Shown here: in pieces, positions 25,080 through 32,000 of the stretch
How the letters are laid out: the number at the start of each line of letters is the position of its first letter
How positions within the stretch are numbered: the stretch's first letter is position 1
Source: an uncultured archaeon
GTDB lineage: Archaea; Asgardarchaeota; Jordiarchaeia; Jordiarchaeales; Jordiarchaeaceae
NCBI GenBank assembly: GCA_964510585.1
Contig: CAZECW010000004.1
Location: 1 to 32,000 of the forward strand
Direction: 5' to 3'
DNA: 32,000 nt
Notes under the pieces: generated by a model
Told to the model about the DNA's origin: nothing
The model's input: only the letters and a program-made list of their open reading frames with translations
Database searches by the model: none
Program-made: the position numbers and the translations under genes

Positions 25080-26201
25080 TTGAAGGAAAAAAGTGAAAAG
25101 ATTCGACATATTTCTACTTCCGTTCGTGAAGAGCCTTTAAAAAAGAAGGAACGAATGCAATATCTTTCCGTGGTGGAGCTGCAGCCATCAGGTTTTCCTT
25201 TCCGGCTTGTGGGAGAGGAGCCCCCTATAGCCTTATTGACCGACGACGCTGAACTGTTCCAAGCGTATGCTAGGGAACAGTGGGCTGGTATTTGTGTTAA
25301 GAAGGGGGATTACCTATTTGACCAACTAGTTTTCCCAGATTTCGCCTTTAAAGTTTCCGACGCTCAGCCAGCTCGGGGAAGAATAGGTTTTTCCACACGT
25401 TTCATTCTTAAGAGGAAACCCTTCAGTGAGGAGAAGAGACCGTCAATTCGTTTTTCAGATGTTATAGGTCAAAACGAAGCCAAAAGCAAGTGTCTGATAA
25501 TCAAAAAATACTTGGAAAATCCGAAAGCTTTTGGAGACTGGGCGCCGAGAAACATTCTTTTCTATGGGCCTCCAGGAACGGGGAAAACAATGCTGGCTCA
25601 AGCACTGGCTAACGAAACAAATGCACCCTTCTATTTAATTAAATCCACAGATTTGATAGGAGTTAATGTTGGTGACGCTTCAAGAAGAATACACTCTGTT
25701 TTCAAAATAGCATCAGACAATGCGCCTAGCGTCATATACCTCGACGAAATTGACGCTATAGGGTTAGACCGCAGCTTCCAAAACATAAGAGGGGACGTAT
25801 CAGAGGTAGTTAATGCTTTGTTGGGGGAGCTGGATGGATTAACCGCGAATTTTGGCGTAGTATGTATAGGAGCTACAAATAATCCAGTCATGTTAGATAA
25901 GGGGATCAGAAGCAGATTCGAAGAAGAAATCGAGTTCAAACTTCCCAACGCTGAAGAACGGGAACAAATCCTTAGACTCTACATATCAAAAATGCCTTTG
26001 CCGGTAAAGGCAGACATTAAAAAGATAGTTAGAAACACTGAAGGCTTCTCTGGTAGAGACCTTAAAGATAAAATCCTTAAAGCAGCGCTCCACAAAGCCA
26101 TACTTCAAGAGGAAAAATGTGTAACACAAGACATAATAGACGCCATACTTAAACAACTCAATGACAAGTCGCCAAAAGAAAAACCCAAAATGTTCACTTA
26201 A
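25080..26201 (+). CDS. AAA+ ATPase (archaeal COG1223-like)
   Basis: WAPRNILFYGPPGTGKT, YLDEIDAI and SRFEEEIEF, with an N-terminal YAREQW.G...GDYLFD motif. Confidence 0.9.
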   Translation: MKEKSEKIRHISTSVREEPLKKKERMQYLSVVELQPSGFPFRLVGEEPPIALLTDDAELFQAYAREQWAGICVKKGDYLFDQLVFPDFAFKVSDAQPARGRIGFSTRFILKRKPFSEEKRPSIRFSDVIGQNEAKSKCLIIKKYLENPKAFGDWAPRNILFYGPPGTGKTMLAQALANETNAPFYLIKSTDLIGVNVGDASRRIHSVFKIASDNAPSVIYLDEIDAIGLDRSFQNIRGDVSEVVNALLGELDGLTANFGVVCIGATNNPVMLDKGIRSRFEEEIEFKLPNAEEREQILRLYISKMPLPVKADIKKIVRNTEGFSGRDLKDKILKAALHKAILQEEKCVTQDIIDAILKQLNDKSPKEKPKMFT

Positions 26202-26257
26202 ATATTTAAATTGTTAAACCCCAAAAGGTCTATAAACTGTTTTCTACAGGTTAACAG

Positions 26258-26809
26258 GTGCAAGCCTTGAAAATCATCGGCCTTGTGGGAATGCCGGGCA
26301 GTGGAAAAACATTAGCAGTAAATGTAGCAAAAAGCTTGGGTATACCTGTAATATCAATGGGAGACATGGTTCGGGAGGAGGTAAAATCAAGGGGCCTAGA
26401 AGAAACACCTGAAAACGTAGGCTATGTATCTAAGGATTTGAGGGAAAAGGAAGGCCCCCAAGCTGTTGCCCAAAGGACACTCGCCAAAATTAAGAAGGAG
26501 AAGGCCCCCGTGATTCTTGTTGAGGGAATTAGAAGCCTCCAGGAGATAGAGTTATTCAAGACATTCACTTCCGACTTCACACTAATCGCTATACATTCAT
26601 CGCCCAAAACCCGTTACCGACGTTTAATTGAAAGAGGGCGGTCGGATGATGCCAAGGATATCAGAATCTTTCAGGAAAGAGACCTCAGAGAAATAAATTA
26701 TGGAATAGGATCGGCAATCGCTCTTGCAGATTACATGATAGTAAACGAGGGCAGCGAATCAGAACTGATGAGAAAAGTTCAAACAATTCTAGAGGAGATA
26801 ATGCAATGA
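26258..26809 (+). CDS. UPF0200 family P-loop kinase (dephospho-CoA kinase-like)
   Basis: GLVGMPGSGKT, SMGDMVRE and RGRSDD..RD.RE..YG. Confidence 0.88.
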   Translation: MQALKIIGLVGMPGSGKTLAVNVAKSLGIPVISMGDMVREEVKSRGLEETPENVGYVSKDLREKEGPQAVAQRTLAKIKKEKAPVILVEGIRSLQEIELFKTFTSDFTLIAIHSSPKTRYRRLIERGRSDDAKDIRIFQERDLREINYGIGSAIALADYMIVNEGSESELMRKVQTILEEIMQ

Positions 26810-27237
26810 TAGAATTGGAAATCGAGACCCCAGTATACCCCACTGAGAGTAGAGACAAGGTGGAAAAAGCTCTAAAATCCGTCGTGGACACAACCTACAC
26901 TTTTTCAGAAGGTGTTGGAGTGAAGTTTCTTCACGGCAAAGCTCAAGGTCTGGAGGGACTTGTGAAACTTCATCAACGCCTAAGGGAGCAACTCATAGTT
27001 GAATCGGCAAGAAAAATTTTGGTAAGAAACATAGTTGGAAATACAGTAACATTCTACCTACACAAACAGGCAGCCTTTATGGGAAAAATACACTTCTGCC
27101 AACCAGAATCGGAATCCCCGATGGGGGCCATAAAAATAACAATAACAAGCAACAACATAGGGGAACTTGTGGACTGGCTTGCGCCAAAAACTGTTGAGGG
27201 TAAGCCTTTAGAGAGGCCTCCACCAACAGACTGTTAA
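26806..27237 (+). CDS. UPF0201 (DUF54) putative RNA-binding protein
   Basis: VYPTESRDKVEKAL, LHKQAAFMGKI and ESPMGAI. Overlaps the UPF0200 gene by 4 nt. Confidence 0.88.
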   Translation: MIELEIETPVYPTESRDKVEKALKSVVDTTYTFSEGVGVKFLHGKAQGLEGLVKLHQRLREQLIVESARKILVRNIVGNTVTFYLHKQAAFMGKIHFCQPESESPMGAIKITITSNNIGELVDWLAPKTVEGKPLERPPPTDC

Positions 27238-27254
27238 AAAGGGAAGAAATAAAA

Positions 27255-28061
27255 GTGGTAGGCATAAAACTAGGCGTCTCAACTATGCCCTTTATAAAAA
27301 GTCACTTCGACGAAATTGTGAAAACAATTGAAAACATTCCAGAAAATTTAGAATTGGACTGTTGTGAAATCATTGAGGAGGGGTTTCATTTTTTAAACTC
27401 AGAACGAATAAAAATGCTAAAGAATGCCGCTTCAACATCCAAAATAAGTTATACAGTCCACGCTCCCTTCGCAGGGATCAATTTGGCTTCGCCAGAGCCT
27501 CTCCAATCGGTTCTGCTAGATTTCATGGATAAGTCACTTGAAAGGAGCTACACCTTAGAGGCTGAAATATTTATAGTGCATCCGGGGCTGCTTTCACCCT
27601 TCACGATTCACTTCCCCGAATTAGCTTGGCATAGCCTAAAAAACGCAATAAGGCACCTATGTAAGCTTTCAGACGCTTTGGGCTCTCCTAAAATTGCAGT
27701 TGAAAATATGGCGCCACCCTATCCTTTTCTGGTTTCTCAAAGTCAAGATGTAGAGAGGCTGTTTCAAGAACTTGAAGATTGTGAATTTGGTTTGTGCTTG
27801 GACATTGGACACGCTCAAAAATCAGGGGGAGTGAAAACCTTTCTTAAGCATGTGGAACAGTACGTAACACATGTGCATGCTCATGATAACATTGGGGATA
27901 AGGATGCTCACCTGCAAGTTGGAAAGGGAACCGTTGATTGGAAATACGTTGTCAGCACGCTTAAAAAACTAAATTTTAGAGGATACATTGTTGTTGAGAA
28001 TACTACCTTAGACGATGCTTACGATAGTATACGCTTTTTAAAAACAATTATTAACCGCTAG
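27255..28061 (+). CDS. Sugar phosphate isomerase/epimerase-like TIM-barrel protein
   Basis: VHAPF..INLAS, VENM, CLDIGHA, HVHAHDN..DAHL and VVE. Confidence 0.88.
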   Translation: MVGIKLGVSTMPFIKSHFDEIVKTIENIPENLELDCCEIIEEGFHFLNSERIKMLKNAASTSKISYTVHAPFAGINLASPEPLQSVLLDFMDKSLERSYTLEAEIFIVHPGLLSPFTIHFPELAWHSLKNAIRHLCKLSDALGSPKIAVENMAPPYPFLVSQSQDVERLFQELEDCEFGLCLDIGHAQKSGGVKTFLKHVEQYVTHVHAHDNIGDKDAHLQVGKGTVDWKYVVSTLKKLNFRGYIVVENTTLDDAYDSIRFLKTIINR

Positions 28062-28073
28062 GTTTTCTCGGTA

Positions 28074-28976
28074 CTAGTCCAAAACTATCTCCATAAGGTC
28101 TTCTCCCAAGATGCTGTTGTGAAAAACTTTTTTAGCTTGTTCCAAAAGTTCGTTGGAGTTTTTGTATCTTGAACTTATATGGGTGAGAATCAATTTTTGC
28201 ACCCCCGCTTCTTTAGCCACTTTTGCGGCTTGGGTGGTTGTGGAGTGCTTTGTCTCTACTGCCTTTTCTTCTAAGTCTTCTCCATAAGTGCTATCGTGTA
28301 TTAGGATAGTGGCGCCTCTACTTATTCGTTTAACTGAGTCGCAGGGGGGAGTATCTCCTGAATAAACGATTTTTCTTCCAGGTCTTGGAGGATCCACCAC
28401 TTGGTTTGGCTCTATCCTTCTCCCATCTGGGAGTGTAACTTTTTCACCATATTGTAATTTTTTCCATAGGGGGCCCATAGGTATTCCTAAAGCTCTAGCT
28501 TTTTCAGGATGGAATTTACCTGGCCTATCCTTTTCGATAAAGGCAAAGGCAAAAGAATTGTTGTGCTCTGTTTTGGCACATTCAACCGTGTAGAGGCTCG
28601 TCTCACATACTACCCCCTCAGTAACCTCTTTAATATGCACGTTAAATGTGAGAGTAAATTCCACTGTCGTCTTTATGGCTTTAACGAAATCAGCAATGCC
28701 TTTTGGACCAAATATGTGGAGGGGTTTCTCCCGATTCATGAGCGAAAGTGTTTGCAATATTCCGGGGATACCCATTATATGGTCTCCGTGAAGGTGGGTG
28801 ATAAAAATTTTGTTAATTCTGCTCACACTTAAATTTGCCTTCTCCATCTGTCTTTGTGTTCCCTCCGCACAGTCGAACAAAATAATTTCTCTATTTATTT
28901 TTACGGCGATTGCCGGAAGGTTTCTATCAGCAGTAGGCATTCCGCCAGAAGTTCCCAGCAATATGATTTTCAGCAA
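28074..28976 (-). CDS. rnz: Ribonuclease Z (tRNA 3' endonuclease)
   Basis: LGTSGGMPT, FDCAEGTQ, THLHGDH, the GP-rich exosite, YSGDT, HDSTY and LTHISSRY. Confidence 0.96.
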   Translation of the reverse strand: MLKIILLGTSGGMPTADRNLPAIAVKINREIILFDCAEGTQRQMEKANLSVSRINKIFITHLHGDHIMGIPGILQTLSLMNREKPLHIFGPKGIADFVKAIKTTVEFTLTFNVHIKEVTEGVVCETSLYTVECAKTEHNNSFAFAFIEKDRPGKFHPEKARALGIPMGPLWKKLQYGEKVTLPDGRRIEPNQVVDPPRPGRKIVYSGDTPPCDSVKRISRGATILIHDSTYGEDLEEKAVETKHSTTTQAAKVAKEAGVQKLILTHISSRYKNSNELLEQAKKVFHNSILGEDLMEIVLD

Positions 28977-28979
28977 CTT

Positions 28980-30011
28980 TCATTTCCTCAGCACTATAAT
29001 TTGGCGTGTTAAACTCTTGTGTACCGGTATCAAATGTTTTTCTATTATTCGAAAACTTGTTCCCAAAATAGATTCGTCAACATTGACTGTTAAGGGGGTG
29101 CCCATACAGATGTATCCTGCTGAACTAGATAGTTTATCTAATTCCTGTAAGAAGAATTCAATTAGTTTTTCGGGGCGGACGCCTTTGGTGGAGGCCGATC
29201 CTCCGTAGGGTGGATCCGTTGCTATGCTGTCAAATTGGTTGAGGGGGAGGTGTTTGGCGTCTGAAAGTATAATGTTCCAGTTGACTATGTTGAAGTGTAG
29301 GAGATTCCTTTTTGCACCTTTAACCATTTTTTTGTCTATGTCGGAACCTATGGTTTTGCAACCCATGAGGCCCGCCTCAATTAGAAGACCTCCTGCTCCA
29401 CAGAATGGATCCAAGAAGACTCCTTTGGGTCGAGCTCGAGAGAGATTAACCATAGCTCTGGCGAGATGGGGATTCATGGAACTGGGAATAAAAAAAGGCC
29501 TGAATTTTGCCTTCCTGAGACCTAAAGCTTTCCTTTCGGATTCCCTGACACTTATCCCAAACAGGAATATGTCTTCCGTTAAAACGCCATAAAATAACTT
29601 GTCAGGATTTTCAAGATTGGCCCTTGCCCCCACCCTCCTATGAATGAGGGCGCCAATTTCTTTTTCTAAAAGAAGTGAGCTCACTTCCGGTGAATAATTT
29701 TTTATGCGTTTCACTCTAACGGCAAAGGTTTCTTTGGCTGAGATGTGTTTCTGAAAATCTACGTCTCGAAGTGAAGCCATTATCTGGTTGAAGTCTGCTT
29801 CACATTTAAGCAGTGAAATGCAGCATCTATGAACCATTGCGGCACGCTCAGCTATTCTTTGGCAACTCTCCTCCTCTGCTTTCAAAAGTAGTACTTGGTC
29901 ATATTTTTCTGCTTTGTAGTCCATGTTCAGGCTTTCAAGGATTGCTAAGCACTCAGCAGCAGCTATTGTTTTGGTTTCTCCAGATAGAATGTAAAAATGG
30001 TTTTTAATCAC
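28980..30011 (-). CDS. trm11: tRNA (guanine-10-N2)-methyltransferase, THUMP plus methyltransferase domains
   Basis: THUMP TFAVRV, RPFF.P.SMNPHLARAMVNL, LDPFCGAGG and TDPPYG. Confidence 0.92.
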   Translation of the reverse strand: MIKNHFYILSGETKTIAAAECLAILESLNMDYKAEKYDQVLLLKAEEESCQRIAERAAMVHRCCISLLKCEADFNQIMASLRDVDFQKHISAKETFAVRVKRIKNYSPEVSSLLLEKEIGALIHRRVGARANLENPDKLFYGVLTEDIFLFGISVRESERKALGLRKAKFRPFFIPSSMNPHLARAMVNLSRARPKGVFLDPFCGAGGLLIEAGLMGCKTIGSDIDKKMVKGAKRNLLHFNIVNWNIILSDAKHLPLNQFDSIATDPPYGGSASTKGVRPEKLIEFFLQELDKLSSSAGYICMGTPLTVNVDESILGTSFRIIEKHLIPVHKSLTRQIIVLRK

Positions 30012-30895
30012 TCTTTTAACGCCTCAGCGATAATAGGAGCTACGGACACTAAGCTAACATCGCTAGGAACTGTGTCGGTTGCAATTATTTCAGTTACTCC
30101 TGCATTAAGAATCCTAAACCGGGAGTCCCCCACCAAGATGGCGTGAGTGCATGCGGCATAAATTTTAGCGGCGCCTTGATTTTTGGCAATTTCGATGGCT
30201 TTAACCATGGTTCCGCCAGTACTGATAATGTCATCCACTACGACCACATCGCGGTTGATGACATCAATTTCTCTACTCTTGGTTTCGATTTCACCTGTGT
30301 GTTTATCTCTAAACTTGCTGAGAACCACATATTCAGCGCCTAAAAATTCTGCAAGACTTTTAGCCCTATTCATAGCTCCTTCGTCTGGGGAGATAATGAC
30401 AGGTTTCGTCAGTTTATACTTGTTTAAGTATTCGCCCAGAAGGGGAATAGCGCTTAAGTCTCTTACGGGAATACTGAGATAATCAAAAAGTCTCTTGTTA
30501 TGAATATCGACTGTTAGTATTTCGTCGGCTCCCGCATTCTGAATTATTTTACAAATTATTTTTCCACTCACCGCTTCGCCGGGAAGAAATCTTTTGTCTT
30601 GGCGGGCGTAAGCAAAATAGGGAATAACTGCGGTAACCTTTGATACACCCAATTCTTTTAGAGTTTCAATTATGAAACAGAGCTCAACTATACCTTGATC
30701 AGGGTTCGGGGGTATCGTGGATTGAACCACAATAGCGTGGCGGTTTTTTGGCTCCTCTTTAATTCTAATGTATTTCTCGCCGTCTGGGAAGGTCTTAAAC
30801 TCAATGGGAATAGCTCCACATTTTAAACATCTAGAGATACGCAGACCCAAGAGTTGCGAACTAGGACCAGGCACTACTACTTTTTCGAGCAACAT
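30008..30895 (-). CDS. prs: Ribose-phosphate pyrophosphokinase
   Basis: FPDGE, PYFAYARQD, SPDEGA and VVDDIISTGGT. Confidence 0.96.
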   Translation of the reverse strand: MLLEKVVVPGPSSQLLGLRISRCLKCGAIPIEFKTFPDGEKYIRIKEEPKNRHAIVVQSTIPPNPDQGIVELCFIIETLKELGVSKVTAVIPYFAYARQDKRFLPGEAVSGKIICKIIQNAGADEILTVDIHNKRLFDYLSIPVRDLSAIPLLGEYLNKYKLTKPVIISPDEGAMNRAKSLAEFLGAEYVVLSKFRDKHTGEIETKSREIDVINRDVVVVDDIISTGGTMVKAIEIAKNQGAAKIYAACTHAILVGDSRFRILNAGVTEIIATDTVPSDVSLVSVAPIIAEALKE

Positions 30896-31133
30896 TCATC
30901 AACTCTTCTCTAAACACATCTACTCAATTTTCTAAAAAGCTCCGTTTAACAGGGGATAACTCACAAATATTTAAAGGCTGTTTATCTTTATTCCAGAGAT
31001 ATTAAAAATATTTTAGGTCAAATAAGCTCAGAAAAATATGTATATAATATCAAATTTTGAACGGCGGCAAATCTGGTTCCAATATCTTAAAAGTTAGAAA
31101 GTGTATATGTATCTAGAAAAAGTTCCAATTTTG

Positions 31134-32000
31134 GTGAAACTTTTGCTAAAGGAAACAATGATTTACGAGAAGCTTGATAATAACATGGTAAAATGTGGGA
31201 TTTGCCCCCACCGCTGTCTAATTAAACCCGGAAAGAGGGGAAAATGTAAAACAAGAGAAAACATAGATGGAGTTCTCTACTCCCTTGTTTATTCCTCAAT
31301 ATCTGCTATGGCTAATGACCCTATTGAGAAAAAACCTCTGTTCCACTTTTATCCAGGAAGCACCGCATTTTCTATATCAACGGTGGGATGTACTTTTCAT
31401 TGCCACCACTGCCAAAACTGGAGCATCTCTCAGGCAGAGCCCGAATCTGGCTTAACTAGAGAGTTTTCACCAGAAGAAATTGTCTCAGCAGCTAAGAAAA
31501 GTGGTAGCCGTTCTATCGCATACACCTATAATGAGCCCTTCGTTTTCTACGAATTCGTCTACGATACTGCAAAGATTGCACATAAAAACAACATAAAAAA
31601 TATTCTAGTTACAAACGGGTATGCTACACCTGAGGCCATAGAAAAAATAGCTCCCCTAATAGATGCAGCAAACATTGATGTGAAAGCGATGAGCGAGGAA
31701 TTTTACAGAGAGATATGTGGGGCGCGGCTTCAACCAGTATTGGACGCCGTCCTTCTTATGAAGGAGAAGGGCATTCATATAGAAATTACTTATCTTATAA
31801 TCCCTCAGAAAAATGATAGCGTAGATGAGATAAAGAAATTTGTAGAATGGGTGAAGGGCAATTTAGGACTGGATGTACCTATCCATTTCTCCAGGTTTTA
31901 TCCCCATTACAAAATGAAAAATCTTAGCCCCACCCCAGTTCAAACAGTTATCAAAGCTAGAGAAATTGGGCAAAAAGCAGGACTGCACTACGTCTACTGT
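31134..32000 (+). CDS. AmmeMemoRadiSam-system radical SAM enzyme (partial, runs off the window)
   Basis: CGICPHRC, DPIEKKPLFHFYPG, GCTFHCHHCQNWSISQ, YTYNEP and HFSRFYP. The frame is open to the window end. Start at GTG 31134 or ATG 31107. Confidence 0.9.
   Translation, partial: MKLLLKETMIYEKLDNNMVKCGICPHRCLIKPGKRGKCKTRENIDGVLYSLVYSSISAMANDPIEKKPLFHFYPGSTAFSISTVGCTFHCHHCQNWSISQAEPESGLTREFSPEEIVSAAKKSGSRSIAYTYNEPFVFYEFVYDTAKIAHKNNIKNILVTNGYATPEAIEKIAPLIDAANIDVKAMSEEFYREICGARLQPVLDAVLLMKEKGIHIEITYLIIPQKNDSVDEIKKFVEWVKGNLGLDVPIHFSRFYPHYKMKNLSPTPVQTVIKAREIGQKAGLHYVYC

Noticed and set aside
1-32000. CRISPR array, transposase, integrase or rRNA
   Set aside because: I saw no regularly spaced repeats, recombinase motifs or rRNA sequence.

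Overview
Archaeal chromosomal window, most likely from an Asgard-type archaeon (inferred from a Vps23-Vps28-Vps22 ESCRT-I/II cluster beside a small GTPase and an AN1 zinc finger). The rest is mainly housekeeping: rio1, dim2, aIF1A, nmd3, aIF2beta, RPA2, tatD, metG, ahcY, tyrS, dnaG, rnz, trm11 and prs. The main result is a dense set of short bulge-helix-bulge (BHB) introns that the ORF track does not show. Two apparently broken genes, ahcY and tyrS, each carry a 30-nt, stop-containing insertion inside a catalytic motif. Each insertion is flanked by a BHB with a fully Watson-Crick 4-bp central helix, and cutting at the canonical BHB positions restores the reading frame and the conserved motif. 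In the 10.27-11.1 kb ORF-free gap are two divergent tRNA-Leu genes, one with four introns (GAG) and one with three non-canonical introns (TAG). That makes nine introns in total, eight of them 29-32 nt. All structures were folded by hand and splicing is inferred, not demonstrated.
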